A stretch of 64,000 nt of DNA from Nitrospinales bacterium (GTDB lineage Bacteria > Nitrospinota > Nitrospinia > Nitrospinales > VA-1). Position numbers and translations under genes: made by a program. Location of the stretch: the NCBI GenBank assembly GCA_965262115.1, contig OZ253496.1, forward strand, positions 2,432,001-2,496,000, written 5' to 3'. Below, one piece after another: positions 49,970 through 61,547 of the stretch; within the stretch, counting starts at the first letter, position 1; each line of letters starts with the position of its first letter. The notes below the pieces were generated by a model. That model had not been told where the DNA came from and searched no databases. It was given only the letters and a program-made list of their open reading frames with translations.

Positions 49970-52900
49970 TTTGCGCTCTCAATAATTTTGATTTCATCAG
50001 CGGTGAGGTTGTAGAGATGATAGACCATCTTATCAATTTCCGCTTTCAGTGCGGTGGTGTCGGTGTTGTTTTGTTTGGCGGTGAGGATATTTTCGACTAA
50101 ATCTATAAAAGGCTGTTGCTGGTGTTTATCCAATAAGGGCACCGGAATTTTTTCAACATAGATTTTTTTCCAACGTAACGTGCCCATTCCAGATGTAGGG
50201 GCAACTTGTGAAAGATACCAATGCGCTAAACCAGAATTTAGAATTGCACATAGATATTTTGTACTACTTCCTGTCATTATAAAAGTGGTTGCTTCGCAAT
50301 ATATCGCTTTGTCGTCATATGCAAAACGCCCCTTATCCACTAATTCTATCCAAATCAATTTTTCTTTTGCAAATTCTGCCAAATAAGCACAGTTTCGCAA
50401 GTTGTAAGGAGTAATGCCTTTGTCCTGGCGTTTTTCTAGTTGCGGGTAATGTTGATTTAAGTGATTTTTGATGGCTGGATAATCTTCAATATCGATTGGC
50501 GCATTATTCTTATCGCCATTATGACTATTGATAATCCACTTCCCCGCCCATTTATACCCATATCGCCGTATATCTCTACCGCGCAGTATGGGTTTGATAA
50601 TTTCGGCGGATTTCGGGTCGGCGGCAACCAGTTTATCGCGCTGTTGCTGGTCGATAATAAAGGCTTCGTTAAGGCCAGTTAACACTCCACGATAAATACG
50701 AATATCCCACTCTTTTAATGGCGTACCGATTTGCTCAATTTTGGCTCTGATTTTTTGCGCCGCCGCAGACAATATACTCCAGGCCATATCGCCATAGAAC
50801 TGGTTTTTCGACCAGTATTGCCCGGCGGGCGGAAACTGTTTTTCAGGCACGGAATCCATATCAACCGCCTTGAATTCTTGTTCCGTGTTGCCTTTGCGAA
50901 CCAGCAATATATTGGTATCCACAATCGCCTCAAAAGCATCTTTGCCCATGTCTATCAAGCGCAACGGGCTGTGTTCCGCGCTAAAAAAGCTGCGTAATTT
51001 TTCGCCATATCTGGCCCGCATCCAGCTGTTGGAGGTGATAAACGCCAGTATACCTTGCGCTTCTGTTAGCAATCCCATACCCCGTTCATAGAACAGTTGA
51101 TAGATGTCTCCGGTTCTGGCAAAGGTCTTGAAATCACAATTCTGATAAAGGTCCCCCAACCGCCCGCCGTCTTTTTGCAACTGCATATACGGCGGATTGC
51201 CGATCACAATATCAAAGCCATTATGGGAGTCAAACACTTCGCTAAAATTAATCTTATAATCAAAATCTATCAAATAGCCTATTGCCTTTTGAATCTCGTT
51301 ATAACATTGGTCTATTTTTTCTTTTATTTGCTTTTTTATGTTGGATTTTTTCTTGTGGTCGTTTTCTGAGAAAACCTGATGTTTTAGCTTGTCTATCTTT
51401 CTCAATAATTATTTTACTCTATCTGGATGATAGTTATTTGGCAAGCCAATCAATGAATCACCCACTTCAAAATGATAATCCAAATTAGGTAACGGTTGAA
51501 TGCCGAAGTTTTTGTTTTTATCGCTATTGGGCGTTTGCTCAATAGCAAGCGAGATAAAAAAGCGTAATTGGGCAATTAAAATAGCGACAGGCTGAATATC
51601 AACGCCATAGATGCAATTCTCAATTAAATATAATTTGCGCAGGTAGTTATGGTCTAGTTACTTAAAATCGTCAATGATTTGTTGTTTTTTATCGCTGAGT
51701 ATTTGTTGTGCCTGTTGTTTGGCTTGGGTATTGTTGATTTTCTCACTGGTTTTGAGGTCTTGTTCCAGGCTTTTTAAATCGGGCAGCTCGTCCAGCTTTT
51801 GTTGCTGCCATTGTTTATTATTTGGGTCAAGAATCACCAATAATGCCACCATTCTTTGCAACAAACCCATGGGGAAGGCGCCGGAACCCACCGCCGGATC
51901 AATAATTTTTATGCCACTAATGGCTTTGATGAGTTGCGGGATTTCCTCTGGATAAATCAAGTCTGTGTTATCGTTTTGTGTCAACTCACCTGTTCTATCA
52001 GATGAGATAAATAAGTCATCCAAGCGTTGCTGATAAAACTCATTATCATCATCATGCGGTGGCACTTTTTGCGTTAAATAGGCTTTCAGGCTTTCATCCA
52101 CTATATACGCCACAATCTCCCTAGGGGTATAAAAACTGCCGGTGGCTTTGCGGGCTTGTTGCCCTGTTTCCGGGTTATAGCTGGCAAGCAGGTTTTCAAA
52201 CACCTTGCCCAGTAACTCGGGGTCGAGGGCGACCTCTACATCCAAGGGGGTGCTTTCTTCCACGATGAATTGATACTGGTTAAACAGGTCAATCAAGCCT
52301 GAATCATTTTCATCGCTGTTGAAAAACAACTCATTGGGAAACTTTAGCTGGTTATCCGCGCGGTCATAAAAGCCATCAATACTAATGGCACTACCTGCTG
52401 GGCGAATACTGTGGTCATTATCATAGTTCTGCTTTTCTTCATCGCTTGCCTCTCGGTCCAGGCACTCAAACAGACCCCCGTTCAAAAACGGGGTTTGGCT
52501 AAAGGACGCTTTCCATTTTTCCTCGTCCTTTACCAAGCGGTGGTAACGATAACGGTATTGATTGCCGTAATCTTTGTTTTTGCCCTGGAATTCTGATTCT
52601 TTTCTAAAATCACGATTGTTGATTTTAGTACTCAGGGTGGCAAAAAACAGGTTTTGCAGAATGGCTTTATAAAAACTGCTCGGCTGGTCGTAATCAATCA
52701 GTTTTTGTAATTTGTCTTTATCAAACAAATCCGCGTTGATCAGCTTTTTCTCTTTTATAAACCAGATGAACAGCAGGCGGGTGAGCAGGCGGATCAGGCT
52801 GGTTTGGGTGTGGTTTTCGGCTTGCTCATCATTAGGGAACACAACCTGCTTTTGGGCTTTTTCATACCAGGTGTAAAGTTTGCCGTAAAATTCCTTATTT

Positions 52901-53391
52901 AGCGGTTCAACGGCAAAGGCTTGTTTTAGATGTTGCAGAGTGGATTGTTTATTAATTTCGGAAAACCGGTCTTTCGCGGTTCTGGTTTGGGTGTTTTCGC
53001 CTAACAGGTAGGTGAAGCGTTTGCTGGCTGTTTGTTCTTTTTCAATGCCCTTGCCAGTTAAGCGGTACTCAATGGCAATAAAGCTAAACCGCCATTGATT
53101 GTTTTCCTCATCAACATAAACCGCTAAAGCACCGTCTTCGGTTTTAATTTCTTTGGCAGCCAGATTGCGTAACCGCACCCGGTTTCTGCTTAATCGGGTA
53201 TTGGGTTTTGTATGAATCTCGAAAACGGGTAATTGTTTGTCATCACGGGTGGTGACAAAGCCTAATTGGTCAAAACTTTCCACCTCGTTATTGTCTATGG
53301 TGACGGGCACAAGATTCCTGGAAAAATTAAATTTACCCGCTAAAAATGCTAGATATGCCTCTTGATTATAGGCTTGCTTTAATAATTCCAT
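49966..53391 (-). pseudogene. Type IIG-like (Eco57I/TaqI-C) N6-adenine methyltransferase/RM protein with two in-frame TAA stops
   Basis: GSFYTP, DPAVGSGAF, IYGVDIQ, GNPPY and a C-terminal TRD in one 1142-codon frame. Stops at 51658-51660 and 51409-51411. Confidence 0.9.
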
Positions 53392-53789
53392 CAGTCACCC
53401 GTATATTGTTGCTTTAAGGTTGAAATAACCCCTGCCATTTGTACAAAATCATAATCCTTGTGCAGCAGAATTAAATCGTTCTCAATGGCACACTGGGCGA
53501 TTAGGCAATCAATGGCTGAGCGGATGCTAATGCCTTTTTTACGGCATTTGAAATAAATCAGTGCGGCTTGTTCAAAGCTTTGTTTGCTGTTTTTAAGGTG
53601 GTAAAAATCTTGCTCAAGTAAAACTTTTCTTAGTTTGTTAAATAATGACAGATTCTTACAGCCTTGCAGGATCTCAAAATAAACTTCTGAAGTGAGTGCG
53701 ATTTGTTGTAATCCAAACAATTCTTTGACGTTTTTTGTGGAATTGTTATTGAATATATCAATCCAAATTGAGGTATCGGCTAAATACAT
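53391..53789 (-). CDS. vapC: PIN-domain toxin VapC
   Basis: LADTSIWI, EILQG, DCLIA..A, LH.D.DF. Confidence 0.9.
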   Translation of the reverse strand: MYLADTSIWIDIFNNNSTKNVKELFGLQQIALTSEVYFEILQGCKNLSLFNKLRKVLLEQDFYHLKNSKQSFEQAALIYFKCRKKGISIRSAIDCLIAQCAIENDLILLHKDYDFVQMAGVISTLKQQYTGD

Positions 53790-54037
53790 TAGCCTTCATC
53801 GGGCAAATGCGGATTAACGCGCAAAGCCTTATAGTCATAGCCTTCAAAAAAAGGACTTTCACCATCCAGCGAATCCAGCAATTCATCTAAAGTTGTTTTT
53901 TTTCTGTGGTTTTCCACAAATTCTTTTAAAGCAACATCAATCAGCTCCCGTTTGGTTTTGATGTTGCTAAGTTTTAATGCCTCTTGCACTATATTTTCAT
54001 CTAGAACAATGTTGGTTCTGTGGGCGGCATTAAGCAT
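53789..54037 (-). CDS. vapB: Antitoxin VapB
   Basis: RTNIVLDE..V..A....IKTKRE....AL, terminal YDYKALR, coupled to vapC. Confidence 0.85.
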   Translation of the reverse strand: MLNAAHRTNIVLDENIVQEALKLSNIKTKRELIDVALKEFVENHRKKTTLDELLDSLDGESPFFEGYDYKALRVNPHLPDEG

Positions 54038-54092
54038 TTTTTGACCTCCTTTTTTAACTTCTATATTTCCGGGATGTGTATTGTAGCACAGG

Positions 54093-57000
54093 TTATGTGT
54101 ATGATTGTGAAATCACAATCACCGGATTGGTATTGTTCTGTTTTTGTTCGTTTTGCTGGGCGGCTTCTATGTGGCTGTTAATGTCATATTCTTTGATGAT
54201 ATTCAGGGTTTTTTCTAATACGACAATGGGTTTAATGCCCTCAATCTTTTTGGCTAGTTTATTGATATTTTTAGTTAGATTTTGAAAGCGTTTATGCTCA
54301 ACTTGTTTGATGGCCAGCTTTAATTTTTCCTGCTCACTGGTATTGATGTCGGGCAGGTTTGCGATTAATTTTAAAAACTTAATCGCCGTTTGCTCGGGGG
54401 GAGATAGCGATTTATTCTGATTTTGGTTAACTATATTTTGCTCCATTTCATGCTTGAAATTATTTAATGCTGATGATACTTGCGTGTAGTGCTGGTCATG
54501 CAATTCCTCCGCTTTGGTATCAGGCGCGCATTTTAGTAATTTGGCCGTTTTAATGAAGCTGTAATTATCAATGTCATTTTTCACTGCAGATTTCACCATA
54601 TAAAAACGACTGCTGCCTTTGCCCTCGGTGCGGGCAAAAACAATCGTGCCGCCTTTATGGTCGGGGTTTTTGACCGCATTTCTGACTTTACTTGGCAACT
54701 CCCTGATGCGTTTATACGCCTCCGGAGCATCTTTTCTAAACTGCCGTATCTCTTCTAAAAAAGGGATGGTTTCATTAACTTCTTCTTTAATGTTTTCATC
54801 AAATATGCCAAATGTACCGACTTCTTCGGCGGTTGAATAAATCTGCGAATATTCGCCTAATGCCGAATGAAAGGCTTGCAATTTAACCAGCGCTTTTTTC
54901 TCTAACTCAATATCATCATTAATTTGTACCGTAGGATAAAAGTTATAGACAAAAATATGGCTCGCCGTTTGCCCGATACGGTTGACCCGCCCGATGCGCT
55001 GCATCAGTTTGGTGGCATTCCACGGCGTATCATAATTGATAACCGTATTGGCGCGGTGCAGGTTGATGCCTTCGGCCAACGCATTGGTGGTGAGGATAAT
55101 TTGATGATCATTGCTTTTTGTCTCTTTTGTATTGGCGTCAAAGTTCCGCTCAATAGTTTTCTTAAGTTCGTTGCGGTTTTTGGAGTCCACGCTTAGGGTT
55201 TTATCGCAGTATGGTGTTTGTTTTATTTGCCCTGATAAATAACGCATGGTGTCGGTGCTTTCGGTAAAAAGCACAATTTTTTGCTCTGGATTGTTTGTTT
55301 TGTCTAAAAATTCTGGCAATCGGGCTAAAAATTCTTCTAGTTTCGGGTCAGTCGTTACTTCGTCCCAATCAGATTTGAGCGTTTTTAACATTTCATAATC
55401 GTGTTTGATTCCCGCAATAAAACCATCTTCAAAATCATCACGACAACACACAATAATGCTCGGATCGGTTAAACTCTGAGTGGCGATAGTCTCCATTAAC
55501 TCATCTTCTCTGTCCTCTAAAATATAGTCACTGACATTAAAATTTGGCGCGATAATGATTTTATTGCTGTCAATCATCTTTAGCATAACCTGCGAGGATG
55601 TTATAAAATGCCCCAAAGTTTGGCTGAACGCATAAAAACTGCTATCCATTCTTTTGAGTAACAGTGTTTTCATAATTCCCACTAACCGCTCGGCAATAAA
55701 ATCTGCGCGTTGATATTGTTTTTTTAGTTCCGGCTTTAAATAATGTAACGCCCGGTAACGGGTATGCAATAACCCGGATTCATTTTGGTTTTTGTTATCA
55801 ATTTTTTGAATGGTGTTATCGTATAATTTTTCTAATCGCGCTTCTAATTTATAGTAAACAGGTCGTGGCGGGGTTGTTTTGGGGAACACAATGCCGTGAT
55901 CGGCTAAATCTTTTTTATAACGATCATTCGCCAATAAATCAGTGCGCGTTCTACGCACCATGAGCGGCGTAATGACTCTTTCGCGAATTGTTTCGTAGAG
56001 TTTTGCCGTTCGTCGGCCGGCTTCACGTTTATCAGGCCTTTTCAGGATTTCTTTATACTCTTTTTTTGCTTTGGTAAAGAAACCAGCCAGTGGAAAATCA
56101 AGCGTTGAGTTGTTGCCGTCCTGAAACAATAAAATTTGATTGTATAAATCATCGGGGCGGTTATTCAGCGGCGTGGCTGAAATCAGCGTCACTTTTTTAG
56201 CCTTACCGTCAGCGGTTTTGGTTTTACAAATAATCTGCAACTGGTTATAGGCTTCTGCGGTATCGTTGCGAAATTTATGCGCTTCATCAACAATCACCAT
56301 ATCGTATTTTTGGGCGTTGGTGACCTTATGTAAACTGCCGTTGTTGAGAACCTCGAAGGCATCATCAATTTTAAAGCTTGCTAACGTATCCACCCAGTTT
56401 TGTTTGAGTGCCGGTGGAATCACCAATAAAATTTTAGAACGATAATCAGAGTAGCCATTATGATAATAAAACTGGCGTGCAATTAAAGCGGCAATGATGG
56501 TCTTACCCAGACCCACCACATCGGCCAGGAAAAAACCATTGTGTTTTTTAAGCATTCCCCAGCCTTCATTCACCGCGTTCATTTGATAAGACAGGCGTTT
56601 GAAGTCACCGGGCAAATCTTTAATGGAGTTAGGGTCTAATTCAATTTCCGAACCAAAATACTCAATCAAACATTTCAAATACAGCTCATAGGGAGTGATG
56701 TTATCTGCCAGATGGGTTTTTTTGAGACTATCCATGGCTGCTTCAGGCAATATCTCTACGCCTTCCTGCCATAATTTTTTAAACTCTGTGGTGGCGAATT
56801 TAATGTCCTAATAATCATTTAACAACACATTAAATTCATAATTGAGGCTGGCGTTTGTCCCCAGACCGGCATCGGTCAAGTTTGATGAGCCGGTAATAAC
56901 ACTGCCCGCCTTGTGCGGGTTAAAATCATCAGGGCGAAAAATGTATATTTTGGCGTGAATGCTTTGGTTGGGATGGGCTTTAAGCCGCACTTTTTGAGTT

Positions 57001-57356
57001 TGCATATCGTCAATAAACTGCTTGATACCCTGCTCTGTTTGCTCGTCATAATGGGCTTTTTTAACATCTGCGATAAATTTATCCTGCCAATCTTTAATGG
57101 TTTTTTCGGCATCGCCCTTGAATAGCGACAATCCATCAGCTTGCATTTCTCTGGTTATTTTATCCACGTCAATACCCACCAGAATACGGATATGGGCGAC
57201 ATCTTCCAATAATGGGCGTAGTTTGAAGTAACCCGATGAGCGGAAATAACCGACCAGGACATCAAAGTTATTGATGGTTTTATTGTGTGTAAAAATACCT
57301 TCAAGCTTATTAAACAAGGTGTTTTCTTTTCTATTTGTAAAAAATCTGGTATCCAT
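54093..57356 (-). pseudogene. PLD-domain + SNF2-like helicase with one in-frame TAG
   Basis: HAKIYIF..GSSNLT (PLD), LADVVGLGKT, DEAH, SATP, EGINL, QRIGRVNR in one 1088-codon frame. TAG at 56808-56810. Confidence 0.9.
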
Positions 57357-57808
57357 TAGCGGCTTCTGTTACAGAGTTAATCGGTTGCCCATTATTGTTC
57401 TGGCCTGGGATGACGCCCGTTATTTTACTAAATTTTTTATTATTATGCAGAGTATCTGATTACCCAAGTCCCTGCATAGAAATCCGTCAGCACCCAATAC
57501 CCTTCTAAATCGCTGTTTTTCTCAAACACCGGCTATCATTATCGATATAAAGCGATGCCTGTCTGTCGACGCAGGCCCAGGGGTCCCTATGTTGGTTTTA
57601 ATACCACACCTCAAACTCTTTCCTACATCGAAAAACCCGGCAAACCGGATGTCTTCCGCATCAAAGACGGCGATTTCTAGCTTTTGACTTATAGTTTAGA
57701 TAAAACTTTTTGCATTGTCGGTTTTGAGGATGGCCAACTGGCATTGTTTGAAAAATGTTATGTTATTATCTTTGTAACTCTGTTTAATATTGGAAATGGG
57801 AGAATAAT

Positions 57809-58275
57809 GTGAAAAACAAGAAGCAAGTGGGGAAGGCATTGGGTCGGGTTGCCAGTGGTCTCTATGTGGTCACTGCTAAATGCGAAGATAAAGAAGACGC
57901 GGTTCTGGCAAGCTGGGTGAACCAATGTTCGTTCGATCCTCCCGCTGTAACATTGCGTTGGCTACTTTGCGCTCGGCCCGGCTTCTGGTTGAAGCATCGG
58001 GGGCTTTTATCGTAAATGTTTTGCCCAAAGACGACATGACCCTGCTGAAACATTTCAGCCGTCCCCCTGAAGATATTTTCAAGGGTGTGAAAACCAAAAA
58101 AGGACTAAATGGGATCCGTATCCTAAACGACGCAGTGGCTTATCTGGAATGCGAAGTGGCTCAGGCGATGCAGTCCGGGGACCATGTGCTTTATGTTGGC
58201 GAAATTGTAGAGGGCAAAACTCTCAAAGGGGGAGACCCTTATATCCATGTGCGGGATAACGGGTTTAATTATTGA
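57809..58275 (+). pseudogene. Flavin reductase family protein, frameshifted near 57950
   Basis: GLYVVTA..ASWVNQCSFDPP in one frame, AYLEC..GDH.LY in the next. Confidence 0.8.
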
Positions 58276-58538
58276 TCGAGACTGATCATTTTCAGGAAGT
58301 TGGTTCGGGTGATCGCCCAGTAAGCGCCGGTGACCACAAATACGACGGCGCCGATGATCAGAGCGCTTAATTTGATCATTCGTTTCGGATCGGCATCATA
58401 GTATTCTTTCAGGTCGCCAGCCAGACTTTCCACAACCCCTTCGTTGGCGGATTTGCGAAACGTTTTGTCGATGGCGTCGCGACCGTATATGATCCCGAAG
58501 ATCAAAGCAATAATTAGTATTTCAATGGCGCCTATCAT
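58269..58538 (-). CDS. Small membrane protein
   Basis: Two hydrophobic segments, 89 aa. Confidence 0.55.
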   Translation of the reverse strand: MIGAIEILIIALIFGIIYGRDAIDKTFRKSANEGVVESLAGDLKEYYDADPKRMIKLSALIIGAVVFVVTGAYWAITRTNFLKMISLDQ

Positions 58539-58559
58539 GTCATTTAGATAATGGGGAGG

Positions 58560-61078
58560 CTACCCTTTGTTTCGGGGGACTGCCCGGCTCGTTAATTTTT
58601 TCTCTTCGGAGACCGGAGCGGCATTTTTAGCGCAACGAAATCCATAGTCGTCCATGCGGCTTTTGGGGTTTCCATTATTGCGGAATGATGAATAAATAAA
58701 GCCTTTCAAATCCCGCCATGATCCGCCACGAACAACTTTAAATTCCCCGCTAATGGGTCTCTGGGGTTTGCGTATTCCGATTGTTCCCTATAATACTCGC
58801 GATCATACCAGTCGTCCACCCATTCTTTAACGTTTCCCGCCATGTTGTGTAACCCGTATGGACTTTGACCCTCTGTCAAGGCCTGCACCGGCACCATGAC
58901 TTTGTGTTTTTCTTCTTCTGTCCAATTCTTGAAATAGCGGACTCGTGTATCGGAAGGGGCGGAACTGCCCCAGGGATAAGTTCGGGCGGAAGTGCCGCGA
59001 GCAGCCTTTTCCCACTCGGCTTCTGTGGGCAGGCGTTTTTCTTTCCATTTACAATATGTGTCCGCCGCGACCCAGGTGATATTGTTGATGGGGTAGTTTT
59101 CAAGGCCCTGTCGGGGATGAAAGCGGCCGTCATAGAAAAGCGTTCCAAACTTGTTATAGAGATAATATCCTTTTACATTGTCCACCGCGTTCAAAAACTC
59201 AGCGAATTGCCCTGCCGACACTTCGTATTTATCGATCCAGAATCCGTCGATATAAACGCGGTGCTCGGGGGCCTCATCGTCAAGAGTTTTGCTGGAGCCC
59301 ATTATGGAAAAGCCGGAGGGAACAAGGGCCATATTGTCTGCCTGTTCAACCGAATTTTTCCTGTTTACGATTCTTTTCACTCTGCCGCTTTCAGGAGTCA
59401 GTTGTTTTAAGAGATTTCTGGATTCTTCGCTGAAGGGACCATTTTGTTCCATCTGCAGGTAGGTTTGCAGACGGGTCTGTGATTTTTCGGATTGGCCGGA
59501 TTTAAAATAAATCCATCCTTTAAAAAACTGCAAATCCGCTCTCTGGGAGTGGCGGACTTCATCGATATCCTGAATCATGCCTTGGGTAATTTCTGGAGGA
59601 TTTTCCGAAAGGACCTTTCCATACCATTGCCTTGCCAGTTTGTATTGTTTTTGCAGCAGCGAATAAAACCCCAGATTCATTTGCGCCAGTGCTTTGAGTC
59701 GGTTATCCCCTTTACTTTTCTTCATCCCGCGAAGCGTCCATGCCGAAGCCATAGGCAGATCGTCGATTCGGTAATAAGTCCAACCCAGTTGGATGTAATT
59801 TCGCAGATGAGTCTGGTCCTGATCGATGAGAAAACGGTATTGCTCGATGGCCCGTTGGAAATCTTTCATCCTGTAATAGGCTTCCGCAAGCCCTTCATGA
59901 ATTTCAGGTGCGCCTGGAAATTGGTGTCGAACTTTTTTGAGTGTTTCAAGGGCCAACGCTTGTTGTCCCATTCTTCCATAAGTTGAAGCGGTATTGAGAT
60001 GGTTTTGCAAATTCTCGGGTTGTATCCGAGCAAGAAGCTTAAGGTGTAACAGGGCGGATGTGAGCCGCTTGTCTTGCAGATAAAGATTGGCCAACATTTT
60101 ATGAGCCGGACTGAACCCAGGTTTTATTTGCACGACTTGCAGAAAGGTGTTGACCGATTTGGTTGATTTTCCGGATTCCATAAAGACCAGACCAAGGTTG
60201 AACAAGGTGGAAGTATTATGGGGGTCGGCTTTTAAGGCCAAATTATAATGTTTGATGGCTTTATGAGGTTTCTTTAATTCTGAATAAATATTTGCCAGGT
60301 TATTTTGCGCGTCTATTGATTGGGGATTGATGGAGGTGGATAATCCCAGATAAAACACGGCTCTTTCTGGTTTTTGATTCTGATAATAAACCATTCCTAC
60401 ATTTGAGAAATAAGCACCCAGGGTTTTTCGGCCATCCAGGTTTTTCATGAAGTAGTGGTTTTTGTTTTCTATTGATGCCCCAAAACGTTGTTGGTAAAAG
60501 CTGTCCGGATAGGAAACTCCTCGCTCGGTGGTTTCTATATTGATGCGTGCACCCTGTTGCTCATACCTAATAAAGAAATGGTTTGGCAGTGCGACTCCGT
60601 GAAGAGGGAGCCCGAGTTTTTGTCCGAGAATTAAATATAAAAGCGAAAGGTTCATGCAATAACCTTTACCGGTGCTCAACAGGCCATGAAGAAAAAGCTC
60701 GTCAGGGTTGATGGGAACTCCCTTTTCATCGACTTGATTGGTATAGCCATAACCCTTTGTGCCATGAATGAGGGTTCGTAGTATTTGGATGATGTCTTCT
60801 GGCTTATCCCGTCCTTTCAGCTTTTGCTGGGCCGTGAAGGTCAGCTTTTCGACTTCTTCCTTTAATGGAGCTAAATCCAGGGAAGGTTGCCAATGTTTTG
60901 AAACCATTAGAAGGGTTTCCAATAGGTCGGGTTTTGTATTAGAATCCTTCTGGATTTGTAACAGTTGTGTTTCTATAGCCCCCTCGAACGAGGGATTGCC
61001 GCAGGCGATTATCGGTTGTAAGATGTATGTAAATAGAAAGATAAGAACGGGGATGTCTAAAAATCTCTTGGCAGGCAT
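58560..61078 (-). CDS. SirB1/transglutaminase-like + TPR + FGE-sulfatase (SUMF1) domain protein, frameshifted near 58760
   Basis: GYCMNLSLLY..PNHF, TPRs, RLPTEAEWEKAARG, MAGNVKEW. The terminal VVRGGSW..GFRCA lies in another frame ending at TAG 58560. Confidence 0.8.
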
Positions 61079-61192
61079 AAAAACCAGAAGTTTAGGATTT
61101 CAGGGTTTATTGACCATTATATCAGAAGGTGAATTTAGAGTGCTAAAGAATCAGAAGCAGTTTTCAGGGTTTGCTTTTTTCGGGAGACATAA

Positions 61193-61485
61193 ATGAAAAT
61201 CCTGGTGGCGGAAGACGATCTGGATAATGCCAGGTTACTCGAAAGCATACTGTGGAAGTGGTTGCTGATGGTGTCGAAGCCCTCAAGAGGTTGAGGGAGA
61301 CAAAGTTCGATGCCCTCCTGACGGATTGGATGACGCCGAAAATGGATGGGGTGACTCCGATCCAGAGAGTTCGGGCGGAAGTTGAAACAGCTCCCTTGAT
61401 CCTGATGGTCACTGCGGTCGGGGATGATGACTCGCGTCAGCAGGTACTTCAGGCTGGTGCCGATGATATTTTGACCAAGCCATAA
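61193..61485 (+). pseudogene. Response regulator receiver remnant
   Basis: MKILVAEDD is out of frame with DGVEAL..TDWMTPKMDG..LTKP*, and the ORF stops right after KP. Confidence 0.75.
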
Positions 61486-61547
61486 CCGATCAAGTGACCC
61501 TGTCGAACAAAAAGCTGTGGAATAGCAAGAGGCAGGAGTAGGTCCGT

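Noticed and set aside
49966..57356. Stop-codon reassignment (TAA/TAG read as Gln) in the island
   Set aside because: Neighbouring island genes terminate normally with TAA, TAG and TGA, and only three internal stops occur. Nonsense mutation is simpler.
58560..59340. DGR target (FGE/CLec domain)
   Set aside because: No reverse transcriptase or template repeat is visible in the window.
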